Below, one piece after another: positions 38,401 through 50,054 of a stretch of 64,000 nt of DNA. Position numbers and translations under genes: made by a program. Positions within the stretch are counted from its first letter, which is position 1; the number at the start of each line of letters is the position of its first letter. Under the pieces are notes generated by a model that did not search any database, was not told the DNA's origin, and saw only the letters and a program-made list of their open reading frames with translations. The stretch is from contig NIVC01000029.1 of NCBI GenBank assembly GCA_002269645.1, forward strand, positions 930,001-994,000, given 5' to 3'. The stretch comes from Macrostomum lignano (lineage: Eukaryota).

Positions 38401-39762
38401 TTCCTGGACATCAGCAACATGCCGCAGTGGCGCCCGATGCTCTACGGCGTTGCCTTCCTGCACACGGTAGTCCAGGAACGCAGGAAGTTCGGCCCCATCG
38501 GCTGGAACATCCCCTACGAGTTCAACACCGCCGATTTGAACGCCAGCATCCAGTTTGTGCAGAACCACCTGGACGACATGGACCTGAAGAAGGGCGTGAA
38601 CTGGAACACCGTGAGATACATGCTTAGCGAGATCCAGTATGGTGGCAGGGTGACGGATGACTACGACAAGGTCTTGCTAAACACGTTTTGCAAGGTCTGG
38701 TTCTCTGAGAAAATGTTTGAGCCAACTTTCGAGTTCTACAAGGGCTACAGCATACCGAAGTTTGCTAGGTTGAACGAATACATCGAGTACATCCAGAACC
38801 TGCCTGGCTACGACACACCGCAGGTGTTCGGTCTGCACGCCAACGCTGACATCAGCTACCAGGGCCGCACCACCAAGACCATCCTGGACTGCATCCTCAG
38901 CATCCAGCCGAAGGATTCCGGCGGAGGCTCCGGCGAGACGCGCGAGTCGGTGGTGTACAAGCAGGCCGAGGACCTGCTGGAGAAGCTGCCCGGTGACTAC
39001 GTGCCGTTCGAAGTGCGCGAAAGATTGCAAAAGATGGGCCCGCTACAACCGATGAACATCTTCCTCAGACAGGAGGTGGATCGCATGCAGCGCGTCATCT
39101 CGGCAGTGAGGACCACGCTCACCGACCTCAAACTGGCCATCGACGGCACCATCATCATGAATGAGAATCTGCGCGACGCTCTGGACTCCATGTACGACGC
39201 CAAGATACCGCAGGTGTGGAGCAAGATCTCCTGGGACTCGTCAGCCCTCGGCTTCTGGTTCACCGAGCTGATCAACCGGAACCAGCAATTCCACACCTGG
39301 GTGTTCGGCGGCCGGCCCAACTGCTTCTGGATGACCGGCTTCTTCAACCCGCAGGGCTTCCTGACCGCCATGCGCCAGGAGGTGACGCGGGCCCACAAGG
39401 GCTGGGCTCTGGACAGCGTCCTGCTGCACAACGATGTCACTAAAATGCTTCTAGCCGACGTGCACAGTCCACCGACTGAGGGCGTCTACGTCCACGGTCT
39501 GTTCCTCGAGGGCGCCGGCTGGGACCGCAGGAACAACCGCCTGACTGAGGCTCGGGCGAAGATTCTCAACGAGCAGTTACCGGTGGTGCACATCTACGCC
39601 ATCAACGGGCCTACTAAGGATGAGAAGCTGTACGTGTGCCCGATCTATAAGAAGCCGCGGCGCACGGACCTAACGTACGTGGCCGCCATCAAACTGAGGA
39701 CAAGCCAGCCAGCCGATCATTGGGTCATTCGAGGCGTGGCTCTGTTGTGCGATGTTATGTGA
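20500..39762 (+). CDS. DNAH5: Axonemal outer-arm dynein heavy chain, gamma type (DNAH5/DNAH8 family), complete, 12 exons, ~4640 aa
   Basis: Exons 20500-20604, 21164-21386, 22346-22693, 23058-23398, 24618-25286, 25366-29796, 29927-30310, 30876-31062, 31887-33750, 33826-33948, 34430-34499 and 34585-39762. All GT-AG, phases consistent, total 13923 nt = 4641 codons. P-loops: [10 protein letters not shown] (AAA1), GPSGAGKT (AAA2), GEQGTAKT (AAA3, typical of DNAH5/8), GVGGSGKQS (AAA4). The N-terminus [32 protein letters not shown] and the C-terminus [13 protein letters not shown] resemble DNAH5. The first exon is the least certain; DNAH5 versus DNAH8 cannot be resolved. Confidence 0.95.
22030..22240 (+). 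repeat. 42-bp (2x21) minisatellite in dynein intron 2, ~5 copies
   Basis: Unit tttgatgtgggtgtcatttaatttgaaaggggcgtcaactca. Confidence 0.9.
22943..23013 (-). mobile_element. tRNA-like (Glu-TTC-related) SINE head or tRNA pseudogene in dynein intron 3
   Basis: The - strand reads GGCCGCAGAGTAAGTGTGAACGTGTCCGACTTTCACGTCAAAGGCACTACTCGGTTCGATTCTGCGTGGCC: B box GGTTCGATTC, a CTTTCAC anticodon-like loop and a partial acceptor stem; the D arm is poor. Confidence 0.5.
23993..24006. promoter_or_regulatory. RFX X-box palindrome GTTGCTATAGCAAC (adjacent CCAAT) in dynein intron 4
   Basis: Perfect 14-bp palindrome fitting the X-box consensus GTNRCC(N0-3)RGYAAC / GTTGCYATRGCAAC, located inside a ciliary gene. 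Confidence 0.55.
30365..30820 (+). repeat. 22-bp C-rich minisatellite (tccaatccctacccaacctaat)n filling dynein intron 7
   Basis: Direct reading; ~18-20 variable copies. Confidence 0.95.
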
Positions 39763-41969
39763 CGAAGTTCGAACAACTTTTACAGCCGTCAAATACGTCG
39801 TGATATTTAAAAACTATTATATAAGTCATTGTTTACTATTTTATTATTATTTTATAGTGCACCAAACATTTATTACCCGCACATACTTCTCTTTGTTTTC
39901 TACGTCGTATCTATTCTTGTGGTTGAATTTGGAGTATGTGATTAGAAAAAAAATTTATTTATGTACAAAACTTTAGATGGACAAATCGAAAGAACGAAGT
40001 CTATAAACAAACAAAAAATTAAACAGAATAGATTTAGGAATTTTTCGCTAAACTTTTAATTGATTTTACAGGAAACAGATGGCCTGAAAAAAAGAGAAAG
40101 TGCAAAAATGTAACGAACTTCTAAGCGTTGTCTCAAAAAATTGAATTATCCTGTGTCCAAGTGCAATATTATACCTTCTAGTCACACTCCCATACTTTTC
40201 TGGGACATTGTAAGCTTTTTACCTCTATTCTTACTACTTATAAGCTCTTTTCTGACTGAGCGTGACCAATTGAGGCGTTACTTGCAAATTAACTTTGTTT
40301 AATTGTTTCACTTTAATCTTAGCACTTTCTACAGAGATATTGTTGACAAAACTTTAAATAGTTTCTTAACTCTCTCGTTATTATATATGCACCTGTCGAG
40401 TAATAAAAACAATATAAGAAAGATACTATATCAAATAAGTAGATCTGTTCTTGTTCGAAAAACTGTTACTGCTGATATAAAAATATTAAAATAAGTCTTT
40501 TAATTTAAATTCACTTCCATGCAGTCGTGTTTTCGCGCTTTTCTTGTTTAATAGCTTTAGGACTTTATACTTGAACTAACCGATCAAGTCTAAACAATTC
40601 TATACTTTTTTCTGTCAGCACATCAACTAAGCCATTCACTGACAGAAACTGCCCGTCAACACTAAGCTACCGCGTGTGTTGCATACGTTTTACACTTGAA
40701 CTATCTGTCAGCCGAATCTCCCACTCCAGCTGACCCATCCCCCTCAGCAGAATTTCTGCTCGTCCGAAGCAAGGGAATCCGTGGGAGAAACCGTGGCGTT
40801 AATTGGACTTTTCATCACGCAGTGAAGGCGTCGCGGGCGTACATGTACAAGAGCTGTTGGCGTTGGAGCCATGCAGTTTAAAAAGCGCTTTGCTTCAGAG
40901 GGAGTGTGGGAAGCTCTCGGATGAGTGACATGCGGAATTTCGGGGCATGGCCTGAGGCGATATACAGGAGATATAGCTACGGCTGAAAGCTCTGATAGAC
41001 TGCATGGTAGCCAAATAAGAAAATCGATGCCATTTTAGAAGCGACGTCCAGCACTGATTTGCAGTCTGATTATCAGTGCGAGCTGGTTTACTGTTGCGGA
41101 CTGGCAAATAGAGATTTAACACTGGGAGAAAAGTTTACTAAATCAATAACTTACGTAGCCGTCTGTCAGTCAGTCCCCTGCCCAACTGATGCTACACAAA
41201 AATTCACTCAAAAGCGGAGCAAAGGAAATTAGTCATGCAGTCGGAGGTAGTCGAAGTAAAGGGCGATGTTAAAAAACTCATTTTTACCAGCCTAAAAACA
41301 TCACACTCCAAATAAGAGTCTCAATGAAATCTTTGATTGACTCTATACTAGCCGTTTACAGTTATTGCAAGTCTCTTATGCATGCAACTTCAAAGGTCTA
41401 AATTGCGGTACCCTGAACTCTTGATAATCTACGCAATTCTCACATTATGTTAGAACTACAGAAGAAGCAAAAACACCCGAACGATATCGGTTGGCTAACT
41501 TTTGACCAACTATAAACCAATCACATGGAAACCATGACCAACCGTTCACTAAGTCATAAATGCGCTCCGCTAAGCCGAATCAAAGTCAGCGATGGATGCA
41601 ATTGAGTCCCATAATCCATAGTCCTTTTTGTTGTTTCTCGTATTCTTCAACTTCTGCATAGCCATAATAATGCCCAAAGCTGTTTGTCTATAAGGAAGGC
41701 GAAGGAAAACAAAAGCAGAGAAAAAATTAGGAAACGATTCGACACGAGTAGCAGAACGAACAAAGCTGACTTACAACTAACAATGTTTGTCAAAGAAAAA
41801 AATAGTGCATGTCTTAACGGCGCTTATAGTGAAAGAAAATAAATTTGTGTCGTAGACAAGCTCGTAGAGTCGCTTTAAGTCGATTAAAATCGTCTTTTGA
41901 GTGACAAAACCCCCTGCCCCAACCAAAAAACTAGGAATGCAGCTAGCCAAGCGATCAGATGAATTGGGA

Positions 41970-44900
41970 TCAGACAAAGGTCATATGACCGCCGGTGCCA
42001 CTTCCACTGCCACCGGTTCCGCTGCCTCCACCGCCATTGCCGCTACCGCCGCCACTGATGTAGTCCCAATGGTTCAGCGTACGAGCTTTCGGTCGCTGTG
42101 GCAGCGGCGGCGGCGGCGGCATCGGCACAGGAGGCTGCATCAGCTGGTTGTCCTCTTGGAAGGCCTGGTCCAAGCTTCGAGGCCGGTGGGTCGTCGACAT
42201 CATCGGAGGCCGACGATGCGACATTGGCGGCGGCGGTGGTGGTGGCGGTGACGCCATCACCGGGTGCCGAGCTGGCTTCCTTGGCGGCTCCGGCTTGCGG
42301 ACTTCAGTGAATGCACTCAGCGGCGGCCCGAAATTGTTCATATCGGCCTCATCATCGTCTTCGCTGCCGCTCACGCCGCTGCGATGGCCGCCGCGTCTTC
42401 TGCCGCCGCTGCCGCCGATACCGCCGCTGCCGCACCAGTAGGAGAGGCTGCGAAAGTACTTGCCGCTCACCACTGTGGCTCCAGTGCGTCGGCCGGCGGC
42501 AGCGGCCGCGCCTACGCGAGACCGAACTTCGCGCAGCAAACGTGCTCCAAAACCGCCGCCACTGCTGCTTCGACTGCGAGCTCGGCCTCCGCTTCTGTCA
42601 GCGTAGCTGCAGTCGTTATCGAATGGGCATCGATGCTGATGCTGGCACAGCAACTGATGCTGACACTGTTGAAGAACCTGCTGATGCTGGTTCTGATTGT
42701 GATGATGATGGTGGTGATGCTGCTGTTGACAGTTTCTTGAGCCGCCGTGGAAGGTGACGGATCGACGCGGCTGTGTCGGTGAAGTCACGGACGATACGGC
42801 GTTGGCCGCGGCGGCCGCGGCTGCTGCGGCTGCGGCAGTAGCAGCAGCCATGGCGGCTTCGCGATAACAGCTTGATGAGGCGAAAGTGCAAGAGGCCTGC
42901 GAAGACAACGTAGCTGAAGTTGGTGGCGGCGGCGGCGGCTGATGCTGCAGGTGGGACAGCATCTGCGGTGACTGCTCTCCCGGACTCAACGAAGCTCTTA
43001 AGTCGCATTCCACGGAGCGGCTGCGTTTGAATGTGAGAGCTTCTAGCGGCATGTCTCTCCGTTCTGCATTACAGTGCAGCTGCTGCTGCTGCTGTTCACT
43101 GTAGTGATGAACGCCGGGTAGTTGCAGGCAGCAGCAGCCGTGACAGTGAAGCCAAGCTAAAGGAGTTTGCGTTGATTTGTTGCTGTAGCTGTTGCTGTTC
43201 GGCCTGAATTAGAATTGGCGGGCATCGGTAATGGGTGGTGAAGATATTTTGACACAACTTGAAATGTGTAGAGTATGATTTAGAGGCTCCAGTGAGGTAG
43301 GTTTTTCTTAAAGGCAGGGGCTCAGGGGCCCGTACTATAGAATCAGCAGTTAGGAGTTAGGAGCTAGGACTCAAGAGTACTCTTGACAAGGAGTGATTGA
43401 ATTTTGTGCGCTATAGATTTCAGGAGTTAAGAGTTAGGAGCTAGGAGTTCTTGCAAGGAGTGCAGCCTAGGAGTGGGGGTGTGTTCAAGGAGTGTTGCGC
43501 AATCGTTTAAGGATGATAGAGAATTGTGTGCTATATCACAATCCTAACTTTACGCTCCTTAAGGATTGAATCTCAGGAGTGAAAATGCAAATTGCTCAAA
43601 AAATATCATTTGTTTATCATTGACTCCTTCCTCATCAGAATCCGATTCGCTGTCCGAAAACATTAGAATCCTAGCTTGTCTAAGAGTGAAAATTGGCCCT
43701 TGAACTCTTGCTTAGGAGTTAAGAGTTAGGAGCGAAATTTTCTCATTCTATAGGACACGCGTTCCTAGAATCACTCCTAAAAGCCAACTCCTAGCTCCTA
43801 GACTTCCTCTCCTAATTCTATAGCATGCAGCGGACCTTAATGAGTTCTCCTAAATTCACCCAGGAGTCTCCTAACGTCCTTAAGGAGCCTCCTAGCTCTT
43901 AAAGTTTACTCTTGATTCTATAGCACAGAAAAGCCAGCTTAGGAGCTAGGAGTTAGGACACTCTTAAGGATTTAGGAGTTAAGAGTATTCTATAGCACGG
44001 GCCCCTGTGGACCCTGGCGCATTTAAAGTGACATTGTCACACAACCGGCGAGAGGCATTGCTCCCCTGAGCAGGCACACTCTCACACAAGAGTGTACTTT
44101 ATTTATCGTTAGGCATGTACATTTCACTGTGCCCTGAGGGTTGGCTCTCAGGACCGTTAATTGCGCAAGCAGAGCCAAGCAGAGATTCCAATTTAGCCCT
44201 AAATTTATGTTGACTGCACTTGGAGTCGAGCCTGGGCCGCTGGCACATAGGACCACTAAGCTACGGCCCCGTCCAGTGGAATGCATAAGAACGTAAATAT
44301 TGAGTGTGGGCCGGCTATTTACTTATTATAAATAGTAGATGCAATCTCAGACACACCATGCACAATATTCCCATGAAGTGCCCTACTATATGAGCAACCC
44401 GAAAAGTTAATTGTGCGCCGTCGCTAAGCATCAATAGGAAGCAACTGCATTGACTCGCATGTTCTGCCGATAAAAATCTTGCGCACGGGTACTAGCAGCT
44501 TTGCAATTTTTATTTTGGCGCTGGGAGGTTCCGGTAGGGGCAGCAGATCGGGAAGACGCTAACACTGCCTGCACCAAATTTTATTGTGCTGCGGTACGAG
44601 AGGACTGATATGAAACTCATGCGGCTCCGCATACCTGCGCATGCCATTGTCCGAGAAGCTGCCAGCAGTTGCCGCAGCTCCAGCCGCACCCTCCCTAATC
44701 TGCCTCTGCCGACGACTGCTGCCTCGATTGAATTGACGACGTCGCGAGACCGGCGCAACTGGGGCCGCCGGCCACTCGAGCTCGAGCTTGACGCCGCCGT
44801 CTGGCTCGGCTCGAACTCGCCACCTCAGCCGGTGCCTACGACGGGTAGACATCGAGCGCAAGAGGCGCAGCAGCAGCGACGGCAGTCCGAGCGACTGAAG

Positions 44901-44999
44901 CGCCGAGGCCACGGCTGCGGCCTCGGCTGATACGGCGGAGACGGCAGACTCTGAGGCTGCGGCTTCGTCTGACATTGTCGGCGGCGGTGTCGACGTCAT
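41970..44999 (-). CDS. Hypothetical low-complexity, probably disordered protein (~532 aa; poly-Ala/His/Gln/Pro/Gly), 2 exons
   Basis: Exon 44999-44635 (ATG..CGC AG|gtatgc, phase 2) joins exon 43203-41970 (ctaattcag|G CCG, phase 2) without stops; 1599 nt = 533 codons. GC-rich, coding-like composition against AT-rich flanks. Further upstream exons are possible. Confidence 0.65.
43323..44007. mobile_element. Non-autonomous TIR element (MITE, PIF/Harbinger-like) in the intron of the orphan gene
   Basis: 21-bp TIR caggggcccgt(a/g)ctatagaat at 43323-43343 and 43987-44007 (1 mismatch). The interior is built from ttaggag/ctcctaa motifs in both orientations. No TSD could be identified. Confidence 0.75.
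44010..44271 (-). mobile_element. tRNA-derived SINE-like element
   Basis: The - strand head is GGGGCCGTAGCTTAGTGGT (A box)...GGCTCGACTCC (B box). The body segment 44107-44150 has a diverged second copy at 47361-47400. Confidence 0.6.
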
Positions 45000-45399
45000 A
45001 CGGGGTGTTCGGTAAGTAGCTAAGATGACCGATAAGACGCTTATAGAATTCTGTGTGCCAATAGACCAAGAGCTGGTATGCATGCACTCTGAGGCTCATT
45101 CCCTTCTAGGATAGATATATACGTAGTGAATTAGTACAGAATGCATTCTGATTGGCTATGAGCTCTTTAAATGCGCATAGGAACTGTGGGTCGATTTGGT
45201 TGGTCCGTTTGCTAGTTCTCACTAATAACAAGCTTTTTCAGACAGTTTACTCAGTTATTGAAGCGCCAACTTAATGAACATAAGACTACTTACTATAAGT
45301 ACAGGTGTCATTAAGGTGGATCCTCGGGCACTCTGGCCACCCAAGGCTGGCTCGACCGGGTCATTTACTGGTCCCCTCTGCCCGTGGACCCCACCCCCA

Positions 45400-45700
45400 C
45401 CATCATTGTCCCCACTCAAATTAACCAGTGGGTGGCATCCAAGCACAGGGAGAGGTGGGCTAGCGTCCCCGACTGCCGGAAAACCCGCGCGGCTGTTCCC
45501 TGTCTTTCCTCCGTCCTGCGCAGGGCCCTGTTTGGATTCAACCGCAGGGACATCAGGGCGGTGACCATGGACCTCTCAGGCCATGGCTGTTTTGCCAGAC
45601 ATCGCTACCTTCAGTAAGGAATGCACATTCTGCTTCTCCAGTGTTGAGACGAAGACGAAGTACTTCATCTGTAAATGTCCCGCATTTACTTAGTTACTTA
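45400..45700 (+). mobile_element. Decayed 3' fragment of a non-LTR retrotransposon (same family as 11645-12010)
   Basis: [43 protein letters not shown]..(frameshift) CTFCFSSVETKTKYFICKCPAF, a C-x2-C..C zinc-knuckle remnant. Confidence 0.75.
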
Positions 45701-46129
45701 AAAACTGAATAAGAAAGTTGAAAAAAAACCATCAATACATCGAACGATCTTCTCCCATGCGGTAAGATTCATGAACTCCAAGGGAAACATGTGACAAAAC
45801 GGTCCCATCACTGAATAGTAAATTTGACAGACTACTAGCTCGGGGTCGCCGTTTTAGAAATTCGTCCATGGCCGGCGCTCGGTGAAACCAACGGGCCTAA
45901 TTTAATCAGCGATAGCTTGAAGGATTGGGCGCAGGCGTGCGGCTTGGGAGGCAGAAATTCAACCTAGAAAGATATTGGAACCGAATGCTTTTGGAGAGAA
46001 CTGGGCAGGGCGGCTTCATCTGCAGGCTGAGACGCTGCTCAAGTCTCAGGGGATCAAATTCTAAGCGTTCCCATCTATCCCAACCCAAACTCTTTCCCCC
46101 CCTCCCCGATGGTTTTTTAGCGATGGCGA

Positions 46130-46430
46130 CCTCCCTCGTGACGATCGCCTATATAGCTGACGGATCAAGAATTCGGGACTCGGAACGGGTGGGGGTGAAA
46201 AAACCCAGCCTATAGAAGACAGCTTTGTTGGAACGACTGTGTAACGCTTTTAGAAGAGGCGTTGGATACTTTCCAACGTAGGAAAGCCCTATAGGCCAAC
46301 CTATATAACTTTGCGGAAAAAATGCTCCGGGAATGGAAAAGCACTTTTTCGTCGCTTCAACCCGATTCAATATATTCGCATTTCTTTCTCTCCCCCGCGG
46401 TCCCAGCCGCATTCGGCTTGTCGTTATAAA
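46130..46430 (+). mobile_element. Possible RNase H remnant of a non-LTR element
   Basis: AYIADGSRI..RVGV resembles the IYTDGS..G.G motif; gtcccagcc(g)cattcgg restores VPAHS (WVPxH motif) if one base is removed. Confidence 0.3.
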
Positions 46431-47431
46431 TTCATGTACCTCCTATCGGCAGTCAACCATACACCCTCGCGGCGTGTCACTGGGCGTAGCACTGCCCCCC
46501 TTTCCCCTATGTCTCTATAAAAGCGTATGCCTGTGTAGCAAAAGTTACTGCTAGATAGGCGCTACACACAGTCTGCGTGTAGTGTCGGCATAGATAATGC
46601 ATGCAAGCCACGCGATGTTTTTTAGATACTACGGACCGCCCGTGGCTTCTTTGCCGGTTGACAGGCAAGGATATTGCGGGAGATGGACTGCTGAACGGGG
46701 TCGTTCACTCCCTATGCTATAAGGTTCTAGTTTACCATTAACCACAGCTGCTTGGTGCTACACAAACACAAACGGGAACGATTGGAAGCTGGAAAAAACC
46801 ATCTGTGATAGCGAAAAAAAGAAATAATATTTCATCATTAACCCACATCCGACGCCCATGCACGGACACAAGCAGAGCACTTTCTTTCGTACTCGGCTTG
46901 CAGATGGCTTGCCGGAAATTAATTAATCATCTTATGCTCGTACTCGAAGAAGCAACCAAACGTACTCGTATAAAATATCGGCATGCAGAGTGAATATTGT
47001 CATTGCTTGTGAGTCGACTCTCCATCAGATTTTGCGTACTTTAACTCCAACGCTATACTTAAAGAAGCTGGCTCTCGCGTCAATATTGTTGGGTTCAATT
47101 TCACGTCCACATACTTGCCTAATGCGCGCATAACAAATTGCCTTCTCGTTAGCTGCAGTTCGACTGTAGCCTTTATAAATAAGAGCATATAATAAAAACT
47201 GCAAGAGGGCTGTAGGCAGCCTTCGACGACGTCGTATTACAACCAGCGCTGACGGCAAATTCGCATATTCCGCCGACTCCTGAAGCGCGCCAATACTGTA
47301 CGCAGGCACGCACTCATAGACCTCGTACAGCGACTCGTACAGCGACCTAGACTTTCTAATCGTCAGGCATGTACACTCTGTGCCTTGGGGGCTGGTCACC
47401 TATCCCCCGTATCTGCATCACTTAAGTGTAG

Positions 47432-47600
47432 GCCTTACTTACTTACTACTGACGGGGGCGCAGGCGCCGCGAATAGGCCGCGAAGCCCCTATCGCAACTC
47501 CAAGGTAAAAGAGCACAAGGATTAACCTTGGGGGTGCGCCCAGTCCCCGCCAGTAGTCGGCAGGTTCGCAGTGGAGGCATCGGCGACCCTGATCCTTAAT
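47432..47600 (-). mobile_element. Possible 3' end of an RTE-like element with (TAAG)n tail
   Basis: A GC-rich block ends in agtaagtaagtaag on the - strand; the family assignment is inferred from the tail type only. Confidence 0.3.
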
Positions 47601-48859
47601 AATACATAGTTTGGTTTCATTCATACAGAAAAGATCTAAGTTTAAGTTCAGCCTGGCTTTCAGTTCGATCGTAAATCTTGTATTGAGTTTCCATTTTCAA
47701 CTTGGGGGCTTCTCTCAAGGAACGGATTATGGATAGCTACAAGCGGTGATACAACCCATCAATATTTTCGCAGAGGTTACCTAAATTTCCATTTCCATAC
47801 AGCTTAAAAACACTCTGAAGTACTTTGAAATAAAAGTACGGACTAATAATTGATCGCACAGACATTCGCAGCCATTTTAGCTCGTATAGGTTGCTGGATA
47901 TTAATTTTTTTAGTTTAGTGGCTGGCAAGTTAAAGAGTCGTCTTCGAGCCAGCAGTTATCAGACGACGTGGATGTTTTTACCATAGACGATTACAAAGAA
48001 AAGCTACAAGCTTGTAAACTTGCCAGCTTTTTGGATGAAATCTACAATTGTAGCTCGAAGCCTTTTGAAATTATCTTGCTTGTAGCTTGTGACCTATAAA
48101 ATCTACGAAACATCCCCCATGCAGATGTCTGAACTAAGCCCACAGCTCCGAGCATTCCCCTTTCATTATCTCTCAAGAGAACTGTCATCACTTCACAGAC
48201 TCGATGAAAAGCGCGGCCTCAGGGCTCATGGGGTGGAGGGTTGGTTGAATTTCCAGTCTCAAGACAGCGGCACCTGCACTAGAGATAAGCAACGAGCATT
48301 GTTTTATCGATCTAAACAAGAACCGATTCCCCCGCTGGGCGGAGGCGAAAGCGCTGGAAAGCAAAAGAAAAGAAGAGAAAGTGAAGCCGAGTGGAATGCC
48401 CGCGATGCAGATGGCACACAGTGATAACAGCATTAGGGCAGGAGATACGGAGGGACACTGGGTTAAAAAGTACACTCTAGCCTGTATAACAGAGAAGTTG
48501 TCTTTCAGCATCGCTAGACCCCTCTGCCAGTCAGACAACCAAGCATACAATACTGCAGGCGCGAGCTTAGAAGCGGGCCACGCAATTTGAAGCAATGAAT
48601 GTTTTTTCTACTTAATTTCCATTCCCTTCTAACATGCATAATAAACCAGCCAATAACCTAAGCCCTGATTAGCTGGTTTGTCGGTGCACGTTGTTACTAG
48701 AAGATCCAGAAAGGGTTTAATCAGCGCCTAGCCAAGCAGCAATGCATACTGTTCGATGATTTAAATGAACATATATAAAAATATGAGATACAAAGCGCCT
48801 TTAATAGCGAGACGGTACAAGTCGTGGAATTCTGCGCCACTTAAAAAAATATTAAGTGT

Positions 48860-49230
48860 TTTATTTGGCGCCAGATAGCTAAGTTTAGCGCCAAATAAAA
48901 ACAAGATGCTTGTGCTCAGTTTGGCGCCAAATAAAAACAAGATGCTTGTGCTCAGTTTGGAGCCAAGTAAAACAAAACTTTGGTGCCCAGTTTGGTGCCA
49001 AATAAAATCAAGGCGCTTGCGCTTTGTTTGGTGCCAAATAAAATCAAGGCGCTTGCGCTCAGTTTGGTGCCAAATAAAATCAAGGCGCTTGCGCCCAGTT
49101 TGGCGTCAAACATAGAAAGGCGCTTGTGTTCAGTTTGGCGCTAAGCATAGAAAGGCGCTCGTGTTCAGTTTGGCGCTAAGCATAGAAAGGCGCTCGTGTT
49201 CAGTTTGGCGCTAAATAAAATCACGGCACT
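48860..49230 (+). repeat. 36-bp minisatellite (gctcagtttggcgccaaataaaaacaagatgcttgt)n, ~10 diverging copies
   Basis: Period 36 (48915, 48951); contains the palindrome TTTGGCGCCAAA at 48920-48931. Confidence 0.9.
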
Positions 49231-50054
49231 TGTAGTGGCACACAAAAAGACGTCACTGTAAACAGTTTTTCATTTTGGTGCCGCACAATAAAGACGTTAT
49301 AAATACAGTTTCATTTTAAGGCACAATGTTCCATAGCGTAAGTCTACACAAAGCAAGGGAACAGGCAAAAGGCATAGCATCATGGCTCGTAGCTCTTTTG
49401 CATATTGCAAACTATTTGAGCTACTGCAAGCTAGGGCAGCAAAGTCAGACAAGTTCAAACACTACGGACGACAAGAGCTACTCAATGCTATAAGTTTGAG
49501 TGACTCTTAGTTACTAGCAAATAGACGTTCTTTTCACGAAGCCAGTCTATGCAGACTTGAAAATAGCTATTGTAAATATACGAGGTAGCTTAGGCAAGAT
49601 CTCAGAGCAAAAACTCATTTTCTTACTTCCAGCTAGTCTTTAAAAGACTCGGTCGACTTGAGCCGAGTTCTCAAATAACAAAAGCAGCAAACGACAGATG
49701 ACGACATCAAAGTTGTGGGAGAGAACCAGATGTATTCATTTATATATTTTTCACCTGAATAGAAACAACATTAATTGAAACAAAACAAACCAAAACAGTA
49801 CATGAGCCGTACCATATATATCAATTCAAAAGTTTGCTCTTTACCATACAAATTACATTTAATAACTTCCGAAACATGAGCGTGGTGCGGTAGTAGAAAA
49901 AAATTGAACAAAATATTTTAAATGACAGACTCCAAATAGCCTTCATTATGCATTTGGATTTCCATTTAAGAAACAGACAATGAAGTGCACGCAAAGAAAT
50001 TAATTTTTGGGAACCCTAACGATCCGCAAACACATGCTTAAACTCTAGCATTAA

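Noticed and set aside
24551-39443. Many antisense and off-frame ORFs over the dynein gene
   Set aside because: Shadow ORFs caused by high GC3 in the real reading frame.
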